Part shown: positions 1-6,994 of the stretch, piece by piece
Numbering within the stretch: position 1 is the first letter of the stretch
How the letters are laid out: each line of letters begins with the position of its first letter
Source: a bacterium
GTDB lineage: Bacteria; Bacillota; Clostridia; Christensenellales; Aristaeellaceae
DNA length: 12,568 bases
NCBI GenBank assembly: GCA_963626285.1
Contig: CAVFWQ010000064.1
Coordinates: forward strand, 1-12,568
Reading direction: 5' to 3'
The notes under the pieces: model-generated
What the model was told of the DNA's origin: nothing
The model's database searches: none
Seen by the model: only the letters and a program-made list of their open reading frames with translations
Position numbers and translations under genes: made by a program

Positions 1-1832
1 GTTTCCGTCCCCTCGCGGGGATAAATTATGACGAGACGGTGCAGGCCCTGTTCGACAGGGTGCTGAGGGTTTCCGTCCCCTCGCGGGGATAAATTATGAC
101 GCTTGTCCGTTCCCCGAGGGGCTTAGGGGGAGGGGTTTCCGTCCCCTCGCGGGGATAAATTATGACATGACGCGGAGGCGCGGATCAACGAGCGCATCCA
201 GTTTCCGTCCCCTCGCGGGGATAAATTATGACTGCGTCTGTGGGACGGCTATTCAGCTACAACCATGTTTCCGTCCCCTCGCGGGGATAAATTATGACGC
301 GTCCTCAGCGCAAGGGCACCCTCCCCTTGCGCGTTTCCGTCCCCTCGCGGGGATAAATTATGACCTGGCATGGCCAGCAGTCATATAATTACATAGTGAG
401 TTTCCGTCCCCTCGCGGGGATAAATTATGACGTGCCGCTCGCGCCGGCAAGGGAACCCCGACCCTTGGTTTCCGTCCCCTCGCGGGGATAAATTATGACA
501 CAAGCGCCGCGCCGACGTGACCGACACTATTATAGCGTTTCCGTCCCCTCGCGGGGATAAATTATGACTGCACCCAACGGCTTGATTTCCGTGTCCTTTA
601 TGCGGTTTCCGTCCCCTCGCGGGGATAAATTATGACTATAGCTGCACCGTGCGGCTTGACCCCATGAAGGGTTTCCGTCCCCTCGCGGGGATAAATTATG
701 ACCTCCAGCGTCTCGATGTCCTGCATGGCCACGCAGAGTTTCCGTCCCCTCGCGGGGATAAATTATGACAAGGACGACGAAGAGCGCGCGCAACATCGGA
801 TCGGGTTTCCGTCCCCTCGCGGGGATAAATTATGACAATATTGAAATTATAGCATTTTACGGCGCTTTTGTTTCCGTCCCCTCGCGGGGATAAATTATGA
901 CCTGCTTGCCGACAAGAACGGCTTTGCCATGGCAAAGTTTCCGTCCCCTCGCGGGGATAAATTATGACGGCAATGTTCTCGACTATATGCGCAGTGTTTG
1001 CGTTTCCGTCCCCTCGCGGGGATAAATTATGACAAAAAAAGGCTTGACAAACGTGACAGAATATGAGTTTCCGTCCCCTCGCGGGGATAAATTATGACGT
1101 CGAGCGAGGTCGGTGAGGTGCTCGGACTGTTCCAGTTTCCGTCCCCTCGCGGGGATAAATTATGACATGACGGACGGGGAGCGCAAGACCTTCAACTACC
1201 GTTTCCGTCCCCTCGCGGGGATAAATTATGACGACTTTGCTGACGCTGACATTTTTCTCGACCGCCGCGTTTCCGTCCCCTCGCGGGGATAAATTATGAC
1301 CGCTGAACACGCGCTCACCGTATATGTCACGCAATGTTTCCGTCCCCTCGCGGGGATAAATTATGACTTTGAGGGGGTTGCTTTCATTCCCTGCCCTGTA
1401 TTGGTTTCCGTCCCCTCGCGGGGATAAATTATGACAATCCGCAAGCCCCGTGTAATCCTTCCCGTAGTGTTTCCGTCCCCTCGCGGGGATAAATTATGAC
1501 ACACTCAAACCCGCTGACATTCGTGTTGCATTGCGTTTCCGTCCCCTCGCGGGGATAAATTATGACTGATGAACGAGGAAAAAATTATCGTCGGGCTTTG
1601 GTTTCCGTCCCCTCGCGGGGATAAATTATGACTTGGAACATTGACGATGAACGAAATCGACAGCCTTGGTTTCCGTCCCCTCGCGGGGATAAATTATGAC
1701 ACAGGAAGGGGTGACAGAACGAAGTGTGCCCGTATGTTTCCGTCCCCTCGCGGGGATAAATTATGACTCGGAATAAAAAAAGAGCCGGTCACTGCAAGGC
1801 GTTTCCGTCCCCTCGCGGGGATAAATTATGAC
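1..1832 (-). CRISPR. CRISPR array, truncated at the window start. It has 28 identical 32-nt direct repeats (plus strand GTTTCCGTCCCCTCGCGGGGATAAATTATGAC) starting at 1, 69, 135, 201, 267, 333, 400, 468, 537, 605, 671, 738, 805, 870, 937, 1002, 1067, 1135, 1201, 1269, 1336, 1404, 1469, 1535, 1601, 1669, 1736 and 1801. The 27 spacers are 33-37 nt long. The transcribed strand is inferred to be minus.
   Basis: I counted the repeats directly. Every copy is identical, including the last one at 1801-1832. The spacers are all different and vary in length (33-37 nt). The repeat contains a palindromic core, CCCC-TCGC-GGGG. On the minus strand it reads GTCATAATTTATCCCCGCGAGGGGACGGAAAC: a hairpin followed by an 8-nt ACGGAAAC tail, which resembles the Cas6-generated 8-nt crRNA handles ending in GAAAC. 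The AT-rich non-coding flank is on the right side. The strand call is an inference. Confidence 0.95.
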
Positions 1833-2031
1833 AGCAAAATGAAACAAATTTCATGCGCCGTCCTTGTATATTATATCAAAATTCGGCGCATTGTAAAGCA
1901 CAAAATACGGCAGAAAAAAGGCTTTTCAGCGATTTTGAATGAAAAAATCGGTGCGAATGGCATTTTTTACAGCTTCAAAACAAACCGCATTTTTGGCCAT
2001 TCGCACCGATTGCTTTCAGTTTGATGATTGA
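1833..2031 (-). promoter_or_regulatory. Putative CRISPR leader. It is AT-rich and non-coding, and it abuts a perfectly conserved terminal repeat.
   Basis: The ~200-bp AT-rich stretch (A/T runs, no credible ORF) lies immediately next to the intact repeat at 1801-1832. Leader-proximal repeats are normally the best conserved. The only ORF here (1839-2024, 61 aa) has low-complexity, AT-driven codon content. Confidence 0.55.
1946..2011. repeat. Perfect 16-bp inverted repeat, AATCGGTGCGAATGGC (1946-1961) and GCCATTCGCACCGATT (1996-2011), separated by a 34-nt AT-rich loop, inside the putative leader.
   Basis: The reverse complement of 1996-2011 equals 1946-1961 exactly. No T-tract follows on either strand, so it is not a classical intrinsic terminator. 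Confidence 0.85.
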
Positions 2032-2140
2032 TTGCTTCTACAAAATCAGGAAAAAGTGCCTTCGGCCATGCAGAGCATATATTCTGTGAGATGCGGTCAA
2101 GGCTCTGCGCGGGCATTGCAAAACCAGCGTACAGGCTTCG

Positions 2141-2461
2141 TTATCTTCTGCTTGCCCTCAGCTTATAGCCGTAGCGGTAGACGGTCTCGATGGCGGCGAA
2201 GCCCAGCTTTTTGCGCAGGCGCTGCACATGAACATCCACCGTGCGCGTATCGCCTGGGCTGATATAGCCCCAAGCCACGCGCAGAAGCTCCTGACGGGAT
2301 ACGGGCCGGTCGGCGTTCTGCGCCAGCTCATTCAGCAGGGAAAACTCCTGCTGGGTCATGGCGCACGGCTCGCCGTCCAAATAAACAGTTCGGTCGTCCT
2401 CATCGATGTAGAGCTGGGCTGAAATGCCCTTGGAAGGATAAATGGCTAATAAATCACTCAT
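2141..2461 (-). CDS. Stand-alone OmpR/PhoB-type winged-helix DNA-binding transcriptional regulator (~106 aa). It has the trans_reg_C-like domain only and no receiver domain.
   Basis: The C-terminal sequence ...QQEFSLLNELAQNADRPVSRQELLRVAWGYISPGDTRTVDVHVQRLRKKLGFAAIETVYRYGYKL matches the OmpR/PhoB winged-helix signature (V-RTVDVH-RLR-KL...I-TVRG-GY). I placed the start at the internal ATG (MSDLLAIY...) because GAGGTGA lies 5 nt upstream. The longer ORF-track start has no RBS. The stop is TAA at 2141-2143. Confidence 0.7.
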   Translation of the reverse strand: MSDLLAIYPSKGISAQLYIDEDDRTVYLDGEPCAMTQQEFSLLNELAQNADRPVSRQELLRVAWGYISPGDTRTVDVHVQRLRKKLGFAAIETVYRYGYKLRASRR

Positions 2462-2644
2462 TGCTTTCACCTCACACTTATATAGACGAATCAAAGGGCT
2501 TGTTTGTTGCATCGGCCTGTCATTTGACATGATATTGTCACAAATGCCGAAAATACCGTATGCCTCGGCATTTGTTACGACTATATAACGCTTCGGTTTC
2601 AAATTTTCTTCCCGACTTTCAAAATATTTTCAGTCAATAATAAT

Positions 2645-2674
2645 AGAAAAAACTGCCGCAGACTGTGCGGCAGT
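2645..2674 (-). terminator. Rho-independent terminator for the minus-strand DUF4349/SIMPL operon.
   Basis: A 9-bp perfect stem (ACTGCCGCA / TGCGGCAGT, 2652-2660 and 2666-2674) has a 5-nt loop. On the minus strand it is followed by a TTTTTTCTATTATTATT tract. It lies ~18 nt past the SIMPL stop codon. Confidence 0.7.
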
Positions 2675-2691
2675 CCTCTGATGCATCAAAA

Positions 2692-3384
2692 TCATTCGAA
2701 GGTATAGGTCAGCGTCACACTTGCGCTGACGCTGATGTCGCCGGAGATAATGCTGGTATCGGCAGCGGCGGCAGCGGCATCCATCTCGTAGTAATTATTC
2801 GCACCGGCGTAGGAATAGTAGTTCGAGCCGGTTTCGATTTTGACCAGCCTGCCCAGCTTCTTCCCGCAGGCGGAGGCCAGCACATCGGCCTTTTCCTGCG
2901 CGTCATCGACCGCCCGCTTCAGCGCCTTTTTGTAGGCCTCGTTCCGTTCGGTGGAATTAAAGGAAATGCCGTTAAGGATGTTCGCGCCTGCCTGCGTCGC
3001 CACATCGATGATTTTTCCGGCCTTGTCCAGCGCCCGAATGGTCACGGACAGAATGTTTTCCACCCGATAGGCGGTCTTCTCGTTTTCGTTCCATGAGGTG
3101 GTGTCGTAGATGTTGAAGGAGCTGGTTACCACATCGGCATCCTGCACGCCGCAGCCCTTGATGGCGTCAATGACCGCATTCATCATTGCCGCATTTGCAA
3201 GCTGCGCAGAGTCCACGTTGATGCCGCTCGTCTGCACGCCGATAGACAAAACGGCGTAGTCCGCCTGTACGCCGACGGAGGCGCTTCCTTGGACGACCAA
3301 AAACCGGTCGTCACTGTCATCCGCCAACGCGGGGATGGCCAACAGCAGGGAAAAAATCATCAGCAGAGCAAACAGCTTTTTCAT
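2692..3384 (-). CDS. Secreted SIMPL-domain protein (DUF541 / YggE-like, '26 kDa periplasmic immunogenic protein' family), 230 aa with an N-terminal signal peptide.
   Basis: The N-terminus MKKLFALLMIFSLLLAIPALA-DD is a Sec-type signal peptide. The body is Ala/Gly/Ser/Asp-rich, and its C-terminus ...ISGDISVSASVTLTYTFE is typical of SIMPL/DUF541 proteins. GGAGA lies 11 nt upstream. The gene starts 6 nt after the upstream gene's stop. Confidence 0.6.
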   Translation of the reverse strand: MKKLFALLMIFSLLLAIPALADDSDDRFLVVQGSASVGVQADYAVLSIGVQTSGINVDSAQLANAAMMNAVIDAIKGCGVQDADVVTSSFNIYDTTSWNENEKTAYRVENILSVTIRALDKAGKIIDVATQAGANILNGISFNSTERNEAYKKALKRAVDDAQEKADVLASACGKKLGRLVKIETGSNYYSYAGANNYYEMDAAAAAADTSIISGDISVSASVTLTYTFE

Positions 3385-3390
3385 AGAATA

Positions 3391-4347
3391 TCATTTCTCC
3401 TTTTTCTTTCGATGCACGATACGAATGACGACAATGACGGCCGCAATGACCGCCAGCCACGGCGCAGCCATGACAAGGAAGATGGCGGCATTCTGCAGGA
3501 ATATCCATGCCTCCTGCAAAGAGGCGGACAGCCCGCTGACAAGGCGCGTCCCGAAGGACGGCGCTTCCTGCGCGGCCTCCCGCACGGTTTCCTCGCGCAG
3601 GGTGATGCTGACGGTGCTGTAGCTGACCTGACTGTCGTATTGCTTCAAGCGTCCGGTGTAGGAGTCAATGTAATACTGCGCATCTGAAATGGCGCTTTCG
3701 ATTTCGATAAGGTCTGCCACATCCGTCGCCTGCGCCATCAGCTCCTGAAGCCGCGCCAGCTTGGTTTTCTGGGTGTTCAGGCGGGCTTCAAGGTCGTAAT
3801 AGCTGTCCGAAACGTCCTGCGAATCCTCCGAGGAAGCCGTGACGCGGCCCTTCAATGAGCCTGTGCCGTTCAGAAAGGCATCTAACTGCTCGGCGGGGAG
3901 GCGGAGGGTCAGATACGCCGTGCGCACCGCACCCTGCTGCCGGTCGCCGCTGACGCCGGAGGATTCCACCCGCCCGCCGAGAGTGGCGGCAGCTTCCTTG
4001 AGCTGCGCCAAGTCCTCATCAAAGGACTGCGTTTTGATGGTCAGGGACGCGGTCTTGATGATTTTGGCTTCCTGCGTGTCCAAGCTGTCATTGGCGGCGG
4101 CGCTGCCAGTACCGGCGCTGCGTATGGCGGACGCGGCATACCCGCTTTCGGCAACGCTGTCCCCGTCCGCGTAGACCGTATGGGTTTCGGCCGACGCCGC
4201 TTCAGAGGCGACGCGGACGCTTTTCTTTTCAGCGCCCAAGTTTAAGTCATTGACATACGATGCGCCGAAAATGACAAACACGATGGCCGCTGCCACGGCG
4301 ACCCAACGCACCCACAGACGGTTTTTCTTTGGCTTCTGCTCCTGCAT
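3391..4347 (-). CDS. Membrane protein with an N-terminal TM helix, an extracytoplasmic coiled-coil region and a C-terminal TM helix. It is DUF4349-like, 318 aa.
   Basis: The N-terminal hydrophobic segment is WVRWVAVAAAIVFVIFGASYV. The central segment ...YYDLEARLNTQKTKLARLQELMAQATDVADLIEIESAISDAQYYIDSYTGRLKQYD... is coiled-coil-like. The C-terminal TM is AAIFLVMAAPWLAVIAAVIVVIRIV, followed by a basic tail. A strong RBS (GAAGGAGGAAGGAG) precedes the ATG at 4347. The stop overlaps the RBS of the downstream SIMPL gene, so the two are translationally coupled. The domain assignment is from memory of the family architecture. Confidence 0.5.
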   Translation of the reverse strand: MQEQKPKKNRLWVRWVAVAAAIVFVIFGASYVNDLNLGAEKKSVRVASEAASAETHTVYADGDSVAESGYAASAIRSAGTGSAAANDSLDTQEAKIIKTASLTIKTQSFDEDLAQLKEAAATLGGRVESSGVSGDRQQGAVRTAYLTLRLPAEQLDAFLNGTGSLKGRVTASSEDSQDVSDSYYDLEARLNTQKTKLARLQELMAQATDVADLIEIESAISDAQYYIDSYTGRLKQYDSQVSYSTVSITLREETVREAAQEAPSFGTRLVSGLSASLQEAWIFLQNAAIFLVMAAPWLAVIAAVIVVIRIVHRKKKEK

Positions 4348-4484
4348 AACGCTCCTTCCTCCTTCGCGAAGCGCCTGCCGCCTAGCTGCCTACGCACTTC
4401 CAACGGCCGGCGCATCATTTTTTCTTCGCTTATAAAACGGCTGTACGGCGTATTTTCTTCCCCGATATAATCATTTTTTATAAA

Positions 4485-4513
4485 TTGACTTTGAGGACGT
4501 TTAAAGATATAAT
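4485..4513 (+). promoter_or_regulatory. Sigma70-type promoter for galE: TTGACT (4485-4490), 17-bp spacer, TATAAT (4508-4513).
   Basis: Both hexamers are near-consensus with optimal 17-bp spacing. They sit ~50 nt upstream of the galE start in an AT-rich divergent intergenic region. Confidence 0.65.
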
Positions 4514-4563
4514 AACAGATGGTCTTCTATCCAATGAATTTCCTGTACAGGGAGGAAGCAATC

Positions 4564-5577
4564 ATGGCCATTCTTCTGACCGGCGGCGCCGGATATATCG
4601 GCTCTCATACCGCCCTTGCGCTGCTCAAACGCGGCGATGAAATCGTTGCGCTGGATAACCTTTCCAATGCAAGCCCCGAAGCGCTCAAGCGCGTGGAGGA
4701 ATTGACGGGGAAAAAAGCGCCCCTCGTGGTGGGCGACTGCACGAAGCGGGAGGATCTGGAAAAGGTCTTCCGTGAATATTCCGTTCAGCAGGTCGTGCAT
4801 TTTGCGGGGCTCAAGGCGGTGGGAGAATCCGTCAGCAAGCCGCTGGAATACTACCGCAATAATTTGGATGCGACGCTGACCCTGTGCGAGGTCATGCGCG
4901 AGCATAACTGCTTTGACTTGGTCTTCTCCTCCTCGGCCACGGTGTACGGCACGAACCAGCAGATGCCCCTCAATGAGACCTTCCCGCTCGGCTGCACCAA
5001 CCCTTACGGCTGGACGAAGTTCATGAGCGAGCAGATTTTGCGCGACGTCGCCCATGCGGACAGCCGTTTCCACATCGTTCTGCTGCGCTACTTCAACCCC
5101 GTCGGCGCCCATGAGAGCGGACGCATCGGCGAAGACCCCTCTGGCATTCCGAACAACCTGATGCCCTATATCTGTCAGGTCGCTTCCGGACGGCTCAAGG
5201 AGCTGAGCGTGTACGGAAACGATTATCCGACGCATGACGGCACCGGCGTGCGCGACTATCTGCATGTCATGGACTTGGCTGAGGGACATCTGGCCGCACT
5301 GGATTATGCGAAGGAAAACGCGGGCGCGGAAGCGTTCAACTTGGGCACGGGCACGGGCTACAGCGTGCTGGATGTGGTGCATACCTTTGAAAAGGTCAAC
5401 GGTCTTACGCTGCCCCACCGCATTGCGCCGCGCCGTCCCGGTGATATCGCCACCTGCTATGCAGACCCAGCCAAGGCGCGTGAAAAGCTTCACTGGACGG
5501 CCAAGCGCTCCCTGTCCGATATGTGCCGCGATGCGTGGAACTGGCAGAAAAACAATCCGCAGGGATATAAAGCATAA
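4564..5577 (+). CDS. galE: UDP-glucose 4-epimerase (NAD-dependent epimerase/dehydratase, SDR family), 337 aa.
   Basis: MAILLTGGAGYIGSHT is the Rossmann GxxGxxG motif. The catalytic YxxxK lies in ...TNPYGWTKFMSEQIL.... Classic GalE blocks are present (FNLGTGTGYSVLDVV, PRRPGDIATCYADPAKA, LHWTAK). The start is the internal ATG at 4564 with GGGAGGAAG 6 nt upstream. The longer ORF-track start lacks an RBS. The stop is TAA at 5575-5577. Confidence 0.93.
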   Translation: MAILLTGGAGYIGSHTALALLKRGDEIVALDNLSNASPEALKRVEELTGKKAPLVVGDCTKREDLEKVFREYSVQQVVHFAGLKAVGESVSKPLEYYRNNLDATLTLCEVMREHNCFDLVFSSSATVYGTNQQMPLNETFPLGCTNPYGWTKFMSEQILRDVAHADSRFHIVLLRYFNPVGAHESGRIGEDPSGIPNNLMPYICQVASGRLKELSVYGNDYPTHDGTGVRDYLHVMDLAEGHLAALDYAKENAGAEAFNLGTGTGYSVLDVVHTFEKVNGLTLPHRIAPRRPGDIATCYADPAKAREKLHWTAKRSLSDMCRDAWNWQKNNPQGYKA

Positions 5578-5590
5578 TGCATCATCAGGA

Positions 5591-5623
5591 AAAAGCAGCG
5601 TGCGGTCAGCATGCTGCTTTTTG
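5591..5623 (+). terminator. Rho-independent terminator downstream of galE.
   Basis: A 10-bp stem with one mismatch (AGCAGCGTGC, loop GGTCA, GCATGCTGCT) at 5594-5618 is followed by TTTTT (5618-5622). It lies 14 nt after the galE stop. Confidence 0.65.
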
Positions 5624-5695
5624 CATGGAAGCGGAAAGACAAGTGGAAAAACGGCTGCCCGCTGCCTGCCGCATCTAAGATTTACAACCTTGTAT

Positions 5696-5724
5696 TTGAC
5701 AAAGCCGTATCTTTTTGATATATT
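5696..5724 (+). promoter_or_regulatory. Sigma70-type promoter with an extended -10: TTGACA (5696-5701), 17-bp spacer, TG-n-TATATT (5716-5724).
   Basis: The -35 is consensus, the spacing is optimal and the -10 is a TGnTATATT extended type. It sits ~60 nt upstream of the 5787 start codon. Confidence 0.65.
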
Positions 5725-5786
5725 ACAGAAGGTAAAGAGGCGGATTCCCGCTGTCATGCTTTATCGGCATGGAAAGGGTGAATGAT

Positions 5787-6914
5787 ATGGCGAAGAAGGA
5801 GCAGAAGGACGCATATGTGCGTCTGCGTCATGTGACCATCGTTTTGCTGGTGCTGGCCGTTATCGCCGGCGGAGGGTTTATCCTGACCCGCGATTATGTC
5901 AATCAGGCTGTACAGACCCGTCAGGAAGAAATTGACGCGCAAAACGAGGAATTGACCGAGCAGTATCAGCAGCGCTTGGCGGAACAGACACAAAAGGAAG
6001 AACAGGGCGAAAACATCCAGTGGCCTGAGGCCAAGCAGGAAGGCTGGGACATCGTGGATGTCAGCTCGTTTGCCTTGACCGGAACCACCGGAAAGACCGT
6101 GTCTCGGCAGGATTTGCTGGACGGTGGGCTGATGCTGGTCAACCGCTGGCACTCCATCCCATCGGACTTTACCGAGGACTCCATTGTCAGCGTCGGCCAG
6201 GAATCCAAGTATTCCATTCCCGTGACGGATTCTACCGTTCGGTTGAACATTAATGCCTATAACGCGCTGAGCAAAATGCTGACCGCCGCCAAGGATGCGG
6301 GCTATGAAAACTATCTGATTCAGGAAGGATACCGTACAAACGAAAAGCAGACGGAGTATTTCAACAACGAAAAGGCCAAGTGGGAGTCCAAGTATACCGG
6401 CGAGGCATTGATTGAAAAGGCGCGTGAGAACACCAATGTCCCCGGCACCAGCGAATACCAGACCAGCTTCTCTTTCAAGATCAAGCGCTGGAAGAAGGGT
6501 GATACGGAGTTTAACAAGCCTGCCTTTGAAGATACCGAGCATTTTGCATGGCTGTTTGAACACAGCTGGGAATACGGCTTCGTGTTCCGCTTTGAGGTGG
6601 AGGGCTATCCCACGGCGGCCACTGCGGATAAGTCATGGAAAACGGGCGAGAGCAAGAAACTGATGATTTTTCGCTATGTCGGGAAGGCTGCTGCGGCTGT
6701 GATGCATCAGGAGGATATGTGCCTAGAGGAATTCATCGAATACATGATTGAGCATCCGCACATTGCCGTATATGAAAACGGTACGCTCCGCTATGAGCTG
6801 AACCGCGTGACGGATACGGGCACGCGCATGACCGTGGATGTCGTCGCCCGCGCTTCGGAAACGCAGGTGTCCATTGACAATATGGGCGGCGTGATCGTGG
6901 CAATGAGTTATTAA
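5787..6914 (+). CDS. Membrane-anchored VanY-like (peptidase M15B/C, D-alanyl-D-alanine carboxypeptidase family) protein, ~375 aa. The predicted zinc-binding residues appear substituted, so it may be a pseudo-peptidase.
   Basis: An N-terminal TM (VTIVLLVLAVIAGGGFIL) is followed by a Glu/Gln-rich coiled-coil linker. The VanY-like blocks are LMLVNRWHSIP, QEGYRTNEKQTEYF, PGTSEYQTSFSFK, FAWLFEHSWEYGFVFRF and MIFRYVG. In canonical VanY these blocks read PGxSEHQTGLAxD and EPWHxRYVG. Here the His/Asp/His positions read Y, K and K/I. The start is at 5787 (MAKKEQ...) with GGAAAGGGTG upstream, and the in-frame ATG at 5769 is the alternative. The stop is TAA at 6912-6914. Confidence 0.6.
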   Translation: MAKKEQKDAYVRLRHVTIVLLVLAVIAGGGFILTRDYVNQAVQTRQEEIDAQNEELTEQYQQRLAEQTQKEEQGENIQWPEAKQEGWDIVDVSSFALTGTTGKTVSRQDLLDGGLMLVNRWHSIPSDFTEDSIVSVGQESKYSIPVTDSTVRLNINAYNALSKMLTAAKDAGYENYLIQEGYRTNEKQTEYFNNEKAKWESKYTGEALIEKARENTNVPGTSEYQTSFSFKIKRWKKGDTEFNKPAFEDTEHFAWLFEHSWEYGFVFRFEVEGYPTAATADKSWKTGESKKLMIFRYVGKAAAAVMHQEDMCLEEFIEYMIEHPHIAVYENGTLRYELNRVTDTGTRMTVDVVARASETQVSIDNMGGVIVAMSY

Positions 6915-6948
6915 GGGGAGACATTTACCCAATCAAAAGTTAAGGCGG

Positions 6949-6980
6949 CAGGGTGTCAAAACATTTTGACACCCTGTTTT
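6949..6980 (+). terminator. Strong rho-independent terminator after the VanY-like gene, immediately upstream of the tatD RBS.
   Basis: A perfect 13-bp inverted repeat (CAGGGTGTCAAAA / TTTTGACACCCTG, 6949-6961 and 6964-6976) is followed by TTTT (6977-6980). Confidence 0.75.
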
Positions 6981-6994
6981 ATGAGGAAGTTTTT

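Noticed and set aside
569-604. Spacer 569-604 shares a 16-nt exact match (CCAACGGCTTGATTTC; 19 of 20 columns with one indel) with the FAD-oxidoreductase gene at 9668-9683. This could be a self-targeting spacer.
   Set aside because: Only about half the spacer matches, and the flanks diverge completely. This is more consistent with chance, or with a distant homologue in a mobile element, than with a genuine self-target. A full-length protospacer search would be needed.
167-1334. Several 60-90-aa ORFs inside the CRISPR array on both strands (e.g. 167-388 +, 530-796 -, 696-935 -, 1092-1334 -) with repetitive peptides (FRPLAGINYD / HNLSPRGDGN / VIIYPREGTET).
   Set aside because: They are translations of the 32-nt repeat in different frames, which explains the periodic repeated peptide. 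They are not genes.
2665-3687. Plus-strand ORFs 2665-3096, 3289-3687 and 3335-3622, and minus-strand ORFs 2715-2906 and 3317-3508, overlapping the SIMPL and DUF4349 genes.
   Set aside because: They are shadow or out-of-frame ORFs without an RBS. The SIMPL and DUF4349 genes have signal peptide/TM features, RBSs and a shared terminator.
4519-4563. Longer N-terminal extensions proposed by the ORF track for galE (MVFYPMNF...), tatD (MSKHFDTLFYEEVF...), flotillin (MHSSAHGCQ...), the oxidoreductase (from 9346), larA (MKTGCVCTEQ..., from 10691) and the wHTH regulator (MKPKRYIVV...).
   Set aside because: In each case an internal ATG has a good Shine-Dalgarno at 5-11 nt and begins the conserved domain. 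The extensions lack an RBS and overlap promoters or terminators.
4501-5757. 418-aa minus-strand ORF overlapping galE.
   Set aside because: It is an antisense shadow ORF of the high-GC galE coding region. It has no RBS and low-complexity Arg/Ala/Gly-rich content, whereas galE has clear family motifs.
5754-6563. 269-aa minus-strand ORF and 94-aa ORF (5966-6250) opposite the VanY-like gene.
   Set aside because: They are shadow ORFs in high-GC coding sequence. The plus-strand gene has an RBS, a promoter, a terminator and family motifs.
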